Of a stretch of 64,000 nt of DNA, positions 41,442 through 53,729 are shown in pieces. The stretch's first letter is position 1. Each line of letters starts with the position of its first letter. The stretch comes from an uncultured Aliarcobacter sp. (GTDB lineage Bacteria; Campylobacterota; Campylobacteria; Campylobacterales; Arcobacteraceae), in contig CAXXLV010000001.1 in NCBI GenBank assembly GCA_963664305.2, forward strand, positions 1 through 64,000. Direction: 5' to 3'. The notes beneath the pieces were generated by a model. The model ran no database searches. It worked only from the letters and a program-made list of their open reading frames with translations, and had not been told where the DNA came from. The position numbers were made by a program, and so were the translations under genes.

Positions 41442-42389
41442 TCAATCTCCATCCGCATCTAAAACATTAGCTGTAAGTCCTAGTTTTACAATCAATGATA
41501 AATAATATGCATTGTGTAATTCTCTTAAACTAGTAAATAAATCTTTTGCATCTGAAAAATCATCTTTTTTCAATTTCATTAAATTTGCTTTTGCTTCATT
41601 TATTTTTAAAAGTGCAACTTCTAACTCTTTTTGTGCATCTAATTTTTTAGAAACATCTGCAAATCCATAATAATCTTTCTTCTCTAAGATTTCTCTATGT
41701 GCATCTAAAATTGCATCAATTGCTGCAAACGAATTTTGACTTAAGAAATATTCAGCTCTGTCATTTTTTGGGTCATTTTTGAATTTTGAAGATAACCCAC
41801 CAGCATTTCCAACTCTCCACTCTTTTAATCTATATGAACTTGCAATTAAAGTATTAATGATAATTGCATTTTCAAGTTTTTCATCTTTTGGTTTTGATGT
41901 TAAATACTCTTCATATGCACCTTTTATATCTTCTAAATGAGAAATTAAAGAATCCAAAATAACTTTTGCCAACTCTTTTTCTCTTTGTGTTACCTCTTTA
42001 TCATTGTATAAAACATACTCTAATGCATTTACAGTTTTAAAAGAGTTTTTAAATAAAGCTTTTTTTGGCTCATCTTTTCCTTCAATAACCCTTTGTATTT
42101 GAGAATTTAAATCCTCTTTTAGGTTATTAAAAACATCCATAAATCTTGGTGTATCTAAATAAGTATCATCTAATTCTCCAGCAAAATAAATTGCTTCAAC
42201 TTTTTTCCAAGATTTGATAAAATTCGTAAAATTTTTATCATTTATATCTTCTTTTAAAGTTTTAGCATCTTTTATTGCTACTTCTACATTTGGAATAGAT
42301 ACATTTTTAACTATATTTAAAAGTGCTCTATCTTGTGCAAATATCATTGATGTACAGAAAAACATCAAAAATAAAATCTTTTTTATCAT
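41442..42389 (-). CDS. Imelysin-family protein with degenerate motif
   Basis: Signal peptide, helical, TVNALEYVLY, C-terminal DADGD. Confidence 0.8.
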   Translation of the reverse strand: MIKKILFLMFFCTSMIFAQDRALLNIVKNVSIPNVEVAIKDAKTLKEDINDKNFTNFIKSWKKVEAIYFAGELDDTYLDTPRFMDVFNNLKEDLNSQIQRVIEGKDEPKKALFKNSFKTVNALEYVLYNDKEVTQREKELAKVILDSLISHLEDIKGAYEEYLTSKPKDEKLENAIIINTLIASSYRLKEWRVGNAGGLSSKFKNDPKNDRAEYFLSQNSFAAIDAILDAHREILEKKDYYGFADVSKKLDAQKELEVALLKINEAKANLMKLKKDDFSDAKDLFTSLRELHNAYYLSLIVKLGLTANVLDADGD

Positions 42390-43780
42390 TATAATTCCTC
42401 TAAAAATTTAATCAATTTTTCTCTTTGTTCTTTTGGTAAATTCATATAGTTTTCTTTACTATTTTTTGCTTCACCACCATGCCATAAAATTGCCTCTTGA
42501 AAACTTCTAGCTCTTCCATCATGTAAAAGTCTAGGTTTTTCTTTATTTATTTTTTCATGTAAAGCTAATCCCCATAAAGGAGCTGTTCTCCATTCACTTC
42601 CACTTGCCATAAATTCAACTCTACCATCAGCTAAATCATCACCCATATCATGTAATAAAAAATCTGAAAATGGTGACACTTTAAAATCATATTTTGTATC
42701 AAAACTTGGAATGTGACATTTTGAACATGAAATTGCTTCAAATAAAACTAAACCTTCTTCATACTCTTTTGTTTTTTTAGGCGAATATGCTTTTATATTT
42801 TTTAAATAGTAAGAAACAGCCTCTAATCTTTCATCTGGTAAATCTATCTCTTCTTTAGCTTTAGGAGCTTCATTACACTCTTTTTGAAATTCTGTACAAT
42901 TATCATTTGGGAAAATAGTTGTAGTTAATCCCATATCATTGTTTGCAGCACCGGCAACTTGTTCTTTTAAAAATGCCACACTTGCTTTCCAAGTATAAAT
43001 TCCAAGCTCTGTTTTTTTTGTAATATTTGAATAAACATAATTTGCTCGACCAGATATTCCATCATTATTATCATCATTTTCATCAATGTGTTTTAAAATA
43101 TCATCTTTTGAAATAAGATTGATTAATCCCATTCCATTTAAACTAGGTGCAATTCTATATGAAATATTTGCATCTTTATGCAATTCTCCATAATTTAAAT
43201 TTTCTAGATTATATTTTGGTTTTAATAAAGTTTGTTTTTCACCATCAGGAAAACTCACTTCAATCTCTTCAAAATCTATTTTGATTTTTCCTTCAAAATC
43301 TACTCCAAAAATACCATTTATAGCCAACTGATTTCCATAAACTGGTTCAGGAATAAAACCTTTATATTTCAAAAGTTCTTGATGTTCAGGACTATTATCT
43401 GATCTTATTGATAATCTTGCAACTAATGATCTTGAAGTCATATTTTGCTCTGCAATTAGAGTTCCTCTTCCATTTTTAGGATGACAATTTACACAAGTAT
43501 TTGCATTAAAAAGTGGTCCTAAACCATCACGTGCCGTTGTAACACTTGGAGCTTCAACCCATGGAATTGTAAAAAAACTTCTTCCAAGAATAAATTTATC
43601 ATATTCACTATCACTCAATGATGAAATAGGATTTAGCAATAAAGAACTATTTTTATCACTTGATAAAAATTTACTATCACTATTAACTGCAAAAAGCCCT
43701 GTAGCAAATATTGCTACAAGGCTTTTTAATAAAATTACTTTTTTAATAGTTAAAAAATTAGATTTTTGTTTCTTCAGCAT
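42389..43780 (-). CDS. Di-heme oxidoreductase (DHOR/DUF1111 family)
   Basis: DGLGPLFN, CVNCH, CSKCH, DFLLHDMG, EWRTAPLWG, LHDGRAR...AILWHGGEA. Confidence 0.92.
   Translation of the reverse strand: MLKKQKSNFLTIKKVILLKSLVAIFATGLFAVNSDSKFLSSDKNSSLLLNPISSLSDSEYDKFILGRSFFTIPWVEAPSVTTARDGLGPLFNANTCVNCHPKNGRGTLIAEQNMTSRSLVARLSIRSDNSPEHQELLKYKGFIPEPVYGNQLAINGIFGVDFEGKIKIDFEEIEVSFPDGEKQTLLKPKYNLENLNYGELHKDANISYRIAPSLNGMGLINLISKDDILKHIDENDDNNDGISGRANYVYSNITKKTELGIYTWKASVAFLKEQVAGAANNDMGLTTTIFPNDNCTEFQKECNEAPKAKEEIDLPDERLEAVSYYLKNIKAYSPKKTKEYEEGLVLFEAISCSKCHIPSFDTKYDFKVSPFSDFLLHDMGDDLADGRVEFMASGSEWRTAPLWGLALHEKINKEKPRLLHDGRARSFQEAILWHGGEAKNSKENYMNLPKEQREKLIKFLEEL
43691..43727 (-). terminator. Intrinsic terminator-like hairpin inside the 5' coding region of the DHOR gene
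   Basis: Minus-strand RNA AAAAAGCCUUGUAGCAA-UAU-UUGCUACAGGGCUUUUU, fully paired with one G-U. Confidence 0.75.
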
Positions 43781-45107
43781 CCGTTACATCTTCAGTAGTT
43801 AGACTAATTCCATTAGCAGCTGCAACATTAACCATTTCATCACCAAGTTTTCTCATCTCATTTTTAAGTTTTACAATAACTTTTGATTGTTCATTTTCTG
43901 GTCTGATTTGATAATCAAAATGAGCTTTAGTTTTTGCAACTTCATCAATACTATTGATTTTATCTTCAATAGATGCCATTAATTTTTCAATTCTAGCTTT
44001 TGTTTCAGCATCAGTTGCATCTAAAAGAGCTTTTCCATATTTTTTACCATTATAAGTTGCAGTTAAAATATTTTTAAACCCTAAATAGTTATTTGCAATA
44101 TCTCTGTGTGTATTATCTGAAAAACAAGAGTGTTCATCTTCTTCACTTGGAGTTAAAACTGCAACTGCAATTCTTTCATTTGCTAATTCAGATTTAATAA
44201 ATACTCCCATTCCTGCAATAATTTGTTTCATTGCTTCAGAACTTTCAATATTTTTTGAAGCTTCTTTTCCTTTTAACTCACCTTTTAATGCAGCTTGGTA
44301 TAAACCATTATTTCCTTTTACATTTTTTTCCCAAGCAGAAGTAATAACAGCTAAATCATCTACAAGTTTTGTTGTTGATGCTTGTAAATAAGCCAATCTT
44401 CTTTTTGCATTTTTATCAGTTGTAAAATCTGTAAGTGGTCTTTGTCCCGCTGTCATAGCACCTGGAGTTACAGCATCTGTCATAAAGTTTGAATAATCTT
44501 GGTCTTGTCCCCATAATAAAAATTCAATTGCATGGTAACCAGTTGAAACATTTGCATCACCACCATTTTCATTTAATTCACCTAAAGCATCAGCTGTAAT
44601 TTTTGTTACATCTACTTCTTTTGATTCTTCTCCACCTGGATTAAATTTTCCAACAGTATCAATAATATTTCCTGAAGTTAATTTTCCATCAGCATCAATT
44701 GTATAATCAATCATATTTTCATCTAATGGCCAAGCATTAATTTGTCCTTCTAATGAACCATAAGCTTCAGAAACCCATCCCTCTTCTGCATCAACAGGAC
44801 CATTTGCAAGTCTAAAGATTTCAGTTTGTCCATAAGACTCTCTTGATTCTAACCAAGCTTTTTTTGCAGCATCAAGATTTACTTGTGTAGGATTTTTGCT
44901 AAATGTATCTATTGCTGTTTTTAAAGCTTTTGCATCTTTTAAAGCATCACTATAATTTGCTAAAGCAATATCTGAATATGCTTGTAAGATAGATTTTACT
45001 TGAGTTACTTCAAGTTTTTTTGGTTCAGTATTAGTTGCAGCATTAGAAGTTAATGCAATAGCTGCAACAACAGAAAACGAAACTAACACTTTTTTAGTTA
45101 AATTCAT
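43758..45107 (-). CDS. Imelysin-family iron-regulated protein (IrpA/IcmP-like)
   Basis: INAWPLDE, GYHAIEFLLWGQD (GxHxxE), EDEHSCFSDNT. Confidence 0.93.
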   Translation of the reverse strand: MNLTKKVLVSFSVVAAIALTSNAATNTEPKKLEVTQVKSILQAYSDIALANYSDALKDAKALKTAIDTFSKNPTQVNLDAAKKAWLESRESYGQTEIFRLANGPVDAEEGWVSEAYGSLEGQINAWPLDENMIDYTIDADGKLTSGNIIDTVGKFNPGGEESKEVDVTKITADALGELNENGGDANVSTGYHAIEFLLWGQDQDYSNFMTDAVTPGAMTAGQRPLTDFTTDKNAKRRLAYLQASTTKLVDDLAVITSAWEKNVKGNNGLYQAALKGELKGKEASKNIESSEAMKQIIAGMGVFIKSELANERIAVAVLTPSEEDEHSCFSDNTHRDIANNYLGFKNILTATYNGKKYGKALLDATDAETKARIEKLMASIEDKINSIDEVAKTKAHFDYQIRPENEQSKVIVKLKNEMRKLGDEMVNVAAANGISLTTEDVTDAEETKI

Positions 45108-45186
45108 AATCTAATTCCTTTTGTTAATTTTAATATTAATTATCATAATGAATTAAATCAAAAAAAAACTTTATCCTCTCTTAAAG

Positions 45187-45201
45187 TGATAATTATTATC
45201 A
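45187..45201. promoter_or_regulatory. Fur box (perfect 7-1-7)
   Basis: TGATAAT-T-ATTATCA upstream of the imelysin operon; weaker copy TAATATT-A-ATTATCA at 45131-45145. Confidence 0.8.
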
Positions 45202-45208
45202 TAAATAT

Positions 45209-47284
45209 TTAGAATATACTTTTTAAATTATTTATAATATCTTTTGTTTTCTCATCTTTTATATTTTTATCTAGAACTTTATTTAATTTTTCTTCTATTT
45301 TATCTCTATTTTTTTCTATCTCATTTTTTAATAATTCTTTAGTATCTAAAGAGATATTTGGTTTTTTCATATCACCTTTTAATGTAATTAAAAAACTACT
45401 AGTTTTAATTTGAGTATTTAATTTTGCATCAATTAAATTTTTCTCAAAATCAAGTAATGCATCTGTTGTATTTATTTGTGTATTTGGACTTTGCATATTT
45501 AGATTTGATATAACTTGTTTTTCATTTATATTACTATCAATTTTAACTGTTTCATATATCTCTTTTGTTAAATCGAATTTTGCTAGTTGACTTACAATAT
45601 TTGAATAATCATTTGGTAAAAAATGTCCATTTAAAAGATTTGCTTTTAATTTTCCTTTTTTTGTCAATAATTCATATTCTAAATTTACATTTGCTTTTGA
45701 ATCAAATATCTCTGGTTTATTCATTCTATATAATAACTCTTTCATATTTGCGTCATCTAATTTCAAGTTAAAAATGTCATCTTTTAAATTAAAATCCAAT
45801 TTTCCACCAGCAAAATTTGAATTTCCAGTTAAGAAAAGAATATTATCCACAGATTTAACCTCACCTTTTAAATCTATATCTCCTCTTAAATCTGTATTTG
45901 TTAAACCTTTGATTTTTTCTAAAGCTAATATATTTAAAAAATAATCACTAGTAAATGATTTATTATCTAGATTATAAACTGCTTTTTCTAAATTTAATTT
46001 TCCAATATTTGATAAAACATCAATTTTAGAAATAGCTTGATTTGGAACTAATGAAGTATTTATTGTTGAATCAAAAGTTATTACATCACTCAACTCTTGT
46101 TTATAAACTGCATTTACAACTTCATTTATGATTTTTGCATTTGATATTTTTGAAACTATTAATCCATCTAATTTTTCTAATGAACTGTTTTTAACATCAG
46201 CATTTACATTAAAATCACCCGTTAAATAAACTGGCTCATTTAACATATGTAAAACTTTTTCTATTTTTGCATTTTCGATTTTAAAATTAATATTTTGAGC
46301 AATAGAATCTTTTAAATCTAATTTATATGTAGTTGTACTTTCAAAAATATTTGAAGTTCCATCAATTGATACAACAGAATTTTCCATAGAAACTTTACCT
46401 ATATTTGAAAATTCTCCATTTAATTTTCTTCCTAAAATCCCCTCTAATCTATTTAAATTTTTTATATCAACTTTATAGTCACTAAAAAGTTTTTTATTGT
46501 TTAAATCTATTATTGTTTTATCTAAGTAAATATCTGCAATAGATGTTAATAATTCAGATTTTACTTCTGCCCTATTTCCAAATAAAGAAGCATTTATATC
46601 CCCTTGGAAATTTATTGGTGAAGATAAAGTTTGATTGAACTCTTTATTAAAAATATCATTATTCAATATACCTTTTGATAGATTTGCTACAAAAACTCCA
46701 TCTAAATTGTTTACATCAATATTTTTAATATTTGCGTTAATGTTTAAATATCCTTTTAAATATTGTGGTTTATTTGCTAAAGCTAATAGTTCTTCAATTT
46801 TTCCATCTTTTAAATCTATTTGAACATTGTTTACTTCAAACTTATTTAGATTTATATAATATTTTGTTTGACTACTTGCAAGATTTGAGAATCCTTGGAT
46901 AATTGCATCTTGATTATTTCCTTTAAAAATACCATTTGTATAAAATTTTCCTTTTAAATCTTGATGCATTAAATTTTTTAATGTAGATAAATCATCAATT
47001 TTTATATCATATTTTAAATCTACACTCTTTTTAAAAATTGATAAATCACCAGAAATATTGATATAAGAATCTTCATTAATAACGGCATTAAAATCTATAG
47101 ATTTTAGGGTTAATATAAAATTATTTACTTTTAACTTCACTTTTTCTTGTTCATTATTTACTTTACTTTCTATATATGAAGAAATGATGCTATTTCCGTA
47201 TTTAGTAAATAAAGTTCCATATATTGAACCAATAATCAAAACTATTAAAATTGTTAATGAGAAAAATAATTTTTGCATAAGCAC
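45209..47284 (-). CDS. Membrane-anchored beta-rich periplasmic protein (AsmA-like), function unknown
   Basis: N-terminal TM, internally repetitive beta-strand pattern, C-terminal LKGDMKKPNISLD; ATG 47278 is an alternative start. Confidence 0.75.
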   Translation of the reverse strand: MLMQKLFFSLTILIVLIIGSIYGTLFTKYGNSIISSYIESKVNNEQEKVKLKVNNFILTLKSIDFNAVINEDSYINISGDLSIFKKSVDLKYDIKIDDLSTLKNLMHQDLKGKFYTNGIFKGNNQDAIIQGFSNLASSQTKYYINLNKFEVNNVQIDLKDGKIEELLALANKPQYLKGYLNINANIKNIDVNNLDGVFVANLSKGILNNDIFNKEFNQTLSSPINFQGDINASLFGNRAEVKSELLTSIADIYLDKTIIDLNNKKLFSDYKVDIKNLNRLEGILGRKLNGEFSNIGKVSMENSVVSIDGTSNIFESTTTYKLDLKDSIAQNINFKIENAKIEKVLHMLNEPVYLTGDFNVNADVKNSSLEKLDGLIVSKISNAKIINEVVNAVYKQELSDVITFDSTINTSLVPNQAISKIDVLSNIGKLNLEKAVYNLDNKSFTSDYFLNILALEKIKGLTNTDLRGDIDLKGEVKSVDNILFLTGNSNFAGGKLDFNLKDDIFNLKLDDANMKELLYRMNKPEIFDSKANVNLEYELLTKKGKLKANLLNGHFLPNDYSNIVSQLAKFDLTKEIYETVKIDSNINEKQVISNLNMQSPNTQINTTDALLDFEKNLIDAKLNTQIKTSSFLITLKGDMKKPNISLDTKELLKNEIEKNRDKIEEKLNKVLDKNIKDEKTKDIINNLKSIF

Positions 47285-47458
47285 AACCCTTTTGATAAAG
47301 TGAGAAAATTATAACAAATTGTTTATAAAAATAACTATTTAAAATCGCTTTAGCTAATTTTTAGTTTTCTTTCTTTATAATCTCGTCCACAAAGTGTTAA
47401 GTAGGGATACGCAAGCCGAACAGACTTTGGAAATAAAAATTTATATAAGGAAAAAGAA

Positions 47459-47773
47459 ATGAAAAAAATCGTTCTTTTAATGCTAGCTATCGCTGGTTTT
47501 GCATTCGCTGCTGATGAAGCTGTTGTAAATGAAACTTTAAAAGCATACTCTGTAGTTGCTGCTGGAATTGGATTAGGTCTTGCTGCACTTGGTGGTGCTA
47601 TTGGTATGGGTAATACTGCTGCTGCAACTATTGCTGGTACTGCTAGAAACCCAGGTTTAGGTGGAAAATTAATGACAACTATGTTCATTGCTTTAGCGAT
47701 GATCGAAGCACAAGTTATTTATGCACTTGTTGTTGCTATGATTGCATTATATGCAAATCCATTTTTAGGGTAA
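47459..47773 (+). CDS. atpE: F0F1 ATP synthase subunit c with N-terminal extension
   Basis: GLGLAALGGAIGMG, ARNP, MIEAQVIYAL. Confidence 0.96.
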   Translation: MKKIVLLMLAIAGFAFAADEAVVNETLKAYSVVAAGIGLGLAALGGAIGMGNTAAATIAGTARNPGLGGKLMTTMFIALAMIEAQVIYALVVAMIALYANPFLG

Positions 47774-47803
47774 TCTTTAAATCTACAGATTTAATAAAAC
47801 TCG

Positions 47804-47839
47804 AAAGGTCAAGAAGTTTTCTTCTTGACCTTTTTTTTT
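47804..47839 (+). terminator. Rho-independent terminator of atpE
   Basis: AAAGGTCAAGAAG-TTTT-CTTCTTGACCTTT followed by a T-tract. Confidence 0.9.
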
Positions 47840-47844
47840 GTCTA

Positions 47845-47863
47845 TTTGACACCTTTTTGACAC
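47845..47863. promoter_or_regulatory. Direct repeat with 11-bp period; candidate OmpR/PhoB-type box
   Basis: TTTGACAC-CTT-TTTGACAC just upstream of a TAAAAT -10-like hexamer and the MCP. Confidence 0.5.
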
Positions 47864-47907
47864 TCTTTAAAAGTAAAATTCCTTTTTAAATATAAAAAGG
47901 AAAAAAG

Positions 47908-50031
47908 TTGAAAAGCACTACTATAAAAAATAAACTTCTTATTTTGACTCTTCTTAGTATTTCTATCTCATTTATTATATTAGGATTTTATAACACTTAT
48001 AATAATTACAGTTCAGAATATAATTTAATTAAACAAAAAGAGTTAGATTTAGCACAAGAAACTTCAAAATCTATTAACAATTATTTACAATCAAAAATCG
48101 ATATTGTTGAAGCTGTTGCAAGCGAAATCTCAGCACTACCTTTAGATGTAAAAAATAAAGAGATTATTGATAAATTAAGATTAGGAAATCTTGCTGGAAA
48201 GTTCTCAGGATTATATCTTGGAATTGGAGAAAATGGTAATTTTTTACAATTTGATGGTTCATTTAGAACTCCTCAAACACATGATTATGATTCAAGAAAA
48301 CGACCATGGTATAAAAAAGCCGTAGAAACAAATAATTCAGGTATTAGTGAACCTTATATAGATTTTTCTACAAAAAAACTAGTTATTTCAGTATCAGCAC
48401 CTATAAAAAAAGATGGAAAAATTATTGGAGTTATTGGTTCAGATATTTCACTTGATACAGTTATAAATACTGTTTTAAATATAAATCTTGAAGAAGAAGG
48501 TTTTGCATATTTAACTGATTCTTTAGGAAAAACAATAATTCATAAAGATGAAAAAGAGTTTGAAAAACAAAGTGAAATATATCAACAAGTAAAATCAAAT
48601 AATCAATTACATTTTTCTGAAGCATTACTAAATAATAATCCTCAATTAATCGCATACTGTAATATCCCTATTACAGATTGGAAGTTGATTATTCAACTAG
48701 ATAAAAACGCCATTTCTAAAAAAATCAATAAAAATCTAGTAAAAGAAATATTTTTATATGTTTTCCTACTGATTATTATTCTTGGAATTTTATTTTATGC
48801 TTTAGTTAAAATTTTATCTCCATTAAAAACTTTTGAAAATGGATTAAATTTCTTCTTCAAATATCTAAAAGGTGAAGAAAAAAATATCATTAAGTTAAAT
48901 ATTAATACAAATGATGAATTAGGGAAAATGGCTTTTGAAATTGATAAACAAATGGAAATTATTGCAAAAAATTTAGAAGAAGATAAAGCTCTTATAGATG
49001 AAGTTAAAAATATCGTAAATAGAGTAAAAGAAGGTAATTTAGATTTACAAATAAAACAAGAAAGCTCAAATGAATCTCTTAATGAATTAAAAAGTATGTT
49101 AAATGATATGATAAAAACTATTAGTGTAAATGTTAATCAAGATATTAATAGTATTTTAACTTCACTTGAAGAGTATTCAAAATTAAATTTTGTTAATAAT
49201 GTACAAAATCCAACAGGTAATGTTGCAATTGGGTTAAATAATTTATCAAATATTATAAATCAAATGCTTCAAGAAAATAAATCAAATGGTATTGTCTTAG
49301 ATGAAAGTTCAAATCTTTTACTTAATAATGTAAATTTATTAAATAAAGCATCAAATGAAACAGCGGTATCTTTAGAAGAAACAGCTGCAGCTCTAGAAGA
49401 GATAACAAGTACAGTAATAAATAATACAGAACGAATTTCAATAATGGCAAATCATTCAAAAGAGTTATCTATTTCTATAGAAGATGGACAAAAACTTGCA
49501 AATATCACAGTTGAATCAATGGATTCAATTAATGAACAAACACAAGCAATTGCAGATGCGATAACAATAATTGACCAAATAGCATTCCAGACAAACATTC
49601 TTTCTTTAAATGCAGCTGTTGAAGCAGCAACTGCTGGTGAAGCAGGACGTGGATTTGCTGTTGTTGCACAAGAAGTTAGAAATTTAGCATCAAGGTCAGC
49701 AGAAGCTGCAAAAGAGATTAAAGAGCTAGTAGAAAATGCAACAAGTAAGACTGATAGTGGTAAAAAAATAGCTGATGACATGATAAAAGGATATGTTAAA
49801 TTAAAAGAAAATATATCTAAAACTACTGAAGTTATCCATGATATTTCAATTTCATCAAAAGAACAAAGAACCAGCATAGAACAAATAAATGATGTAGTTA
49901 CAAAACTAGATAGACAGACTCAAAACAATGCCTCAATAGCAACTCAAACACATGATATTGCAATAAACACATCAAATATTGCACAAAAAATATTAGCAAC
50001 AGTAAACGAAAAAAAATTTAGAGATAAATAA
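47908..50031 (+). CDS. dCache-domain methyl-accepting chemotaxis protein
   Basis: YDSRKRPWY...SEPYID...GVIGSD dCache_1; MCP signalling tip. Confidence 0.95.
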   Translation: MKSTTIKNKLLILTLLSISISFIILGFYNTYNNYSSEYNLIKQKELDLAQETSKSINNYLQSKIDIVEAVASEISALPLDVKNKEIIDKLRLGNLAGKFSGLYLGIGENGNFLQFDGSFRTPQTHDYDSRKRPWYKKAVETNNSGISEPYIDFSTKKLVISVSAPIKKDGKIIGVIGSDISLDTVINTVLNINLEEEGFAYLTDSLGKTIIHKDEKEFEKQSEIYQQVKSNNQLHFSEALLNNNPQLIAYCNIPITDWKLIIQLDKNAISKKINKNLVKEIFLYVFLLIIILGILFYALVKILSPLKTFENGLNFFFKYLKGEEKNIIKLNINTNDELGKMAFEIDKQMEIIAKNLEEDKALIDEVKNIVNRVKEGNLDLQIKQESSNESLNELKSMLNDMIKTISVNVNQDINSILTSLEEYSKLNFVNNVQNPTGNVAIGLNNLSNIINQMLQENKSNGIVLDESSNLLLNNVNLLNKASNETAVSLEETAAALEEITSTVINNTERISIMANHSKELSISIEDGQKLANITVESMDSINEQTQAIADAITIIDQIAFQTNILSLNAAVEAATAGEAGRGFAVVAQEVRNLASRSAEAAKEIKELVENATSKTDSGKKIADDMIKGYVKLKENISKTTEVIHDISISSKEQRTSIEQINDVVTKLDRQTQNNASIATQTHDIAINTSNIAQKILATVNEKKFRDK

Positions 50032-50095
50032 CTAAAACTATCATAATACTTGATATGAATTTAAGTATTATGATAGTAACATTTCAATCCTATTT

Positions 50096-50180
50096 GCGGA
50101 CGTGGTGGAATGGTAGACACGCCATCTTGAGGTGGTGGTGAGCTAAGCTTGTGCGGGTTCAAGTCCCGCCGTCCGCACCA
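50096..50180 (+). tRNA. tRNA-Leu (anticodon GAG)
   Basis: GCGGACG...CGTCCGC-A-CCA acceptor stem, CCATC-TTGAGGT-GGTGG anticodon arm, long variable arm, GGTTCAAGTCC T-loop. Confidence 0.96.
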
Positions 50181-50211
50181 AAAAATTAACTCCTAATCAT
50201 TTTATAAATAA

Positions 50212-52540
<2,329 letters not shown>

Positions 52541-52675
52541 TAACTCTTTTTTTATTTCCATTTGAGGAAAAAGTTTTTCCAATAATAAATATTATTAATA
52601 ATGTTTTAAGTTTATTCCTATATAATTCCAATACAAAATATATAAAAATTTATAAAATAAAAAAGGATTTAAAAA

Positions 52676-53272
52676 ATGTTAGTTACAAAAAAAGCTCCAG
52701 ATTTTACAGCAACAGCTGTACTTGCAGATGGTCAAATTGTTGAGAATTTTAATTTATATGAAAATATTGGTGAAAAAGGTGCAGTATTATTTTTCTGGCC
52801 TTTAGATTTTACGTTTGTTTGTCCATCTGAAATTATAGCTTTCTCTAAAAGAGTTGATGAATTTGAAGCAAGAGGAATTCAAGTTATAGGTTGTTCAGTT
52901 GATTCTCAATTCTCTCACTTTGCATGGAGAGAAACAGCAGTTGAAAATGGTGGAATTGGAAGAGTAAAATTCCCAATGGTTGCAGATTTAAGTAAACAAA
53001 TTTCTAGAGATTATGATGTATTATTTGGTGATTCTGTGGCACTTAGAGGTTCATTCTTAATTGATAAAGATGGAACTATCAGACATGCAGTAATCAATGA
53101 TTTACCACTTGGAAGAAATGTTGATGAAATGATTAGAATGGTAGATGCAATGTTATTTACAAATGAGCATGGTGAAGTTTGTCCTGCTGGTTGGGCAAAA
53201 GGTGACGAAGGTATGAAAGCAAATACTGCTGGTGTTGCTGAATACTTAGCTAAAAATGAAAATAAATTATAG
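52676..53272 (+). CDS. ahpC: 2-Cys peroxiredoxin
   Basis: DFTFVCPSE and GEVCPAGW. Confidence 0.96.
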   Translation: MLVTKKAPDFTATAVLADGQIVENFNLYENIGEKGAVLFFWPLDFTFVCPSEIIAFSKRVDEFEARGIQVIGCSVDSQFSHFAWRETAVENGGIGRVKFPMVADLSKQISRDYDVLFGDSVALRGSFLIDKDGTIRHAVINDLPLGRNVDEMIRMVDAMLFTNEHGEVCPAGWAKGDEGMKANTAGVAEYLAKNENKL

Positions 53273-53280
53273 GATTCATC

Positions 53281-53598
53281 ATGGGAAAATATTTAGAATT
53301 AAATCAAAATAATATAGAAGATACGATAAAAGAAGGTGTGTCATTAGTTGACTTTTGGGCACCTTGGTGTGGACCTTGTAGAATGTTAGCTCCAACTATT
53401 GACCAATTAGCTGAAGATTTTGAAGGAAAAGCAAATATTTGTAAAGTAAATACAGAAGAAGAACCTGATTTAACTGCACAATATCAAGTAAGATCTATTC
53501 CTACTATTCTTTTCTTTAAAGATGGAAAAGTTGTTGATCAACTAATTGGTGCTACAAATAAAACTACTCTTGAAGAAAAATTAAATAAATACTTATAA
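53281..53598 (+). CDS. trxA: Thioredoxin
   Basis: WAPWCGPC, SIPT. Confidence 0.95.
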   Translation: MGKYLELNQNNIEDTIKEGVSLVDFWAPWCGPCRMLAPTIDQLAEDFEGKANICKVNTEEEPDLTAQYQVRSIPTILFFKDGKVVDQLIGATNKTTLEEKLNKYL

Positions 53599-53603
53599 AA
53601 TTT

Positions 53604-53632
53604 GAAACTAAAGACAATTTGTCTTTAGTTTC
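53604..53632 (+). terminator. Terminator-like hairpin after trxA
   Basis: GAAACTAAAGAC-AATTT-GTCTTTAGTTTC. Confidence 0.7.
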
Positions 53633-53729
53633 CCTCCGAATATCCCAAAAAACCTTAAATAGCCACTTAAAGTCAAGTTTTACTAATTATAAAAATACTA
53701 TAATTCTCAAAAATCTATAAAGGAATTTT

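Noticed and set aside
27064..46823. Short plus-strand ORFs 27064, 34349, 34648, 34863, 39869, 40048, 40160, 42214, 45565, 46635
   Set aside because: Shadows of longer minus-strand genes.
47401..47420. atpE leader as a c-di-GMP-I riboswitch (GGGATACGCAAGCC resembles GGGACGCAAAGCC)
   Set aside because: The P2 stem with GCAAA and the P3 receptor stem cannot be built; kept only as an unassigned structured leader.
47459..47773. Na+-translocating ATP synthase c subunit
   Set aside because: The ion site reads EAQ, without the Q...ES/T Na+ signature, so it is probably H+-coupled. The N-terminal extension is normal for Campylobacterota.
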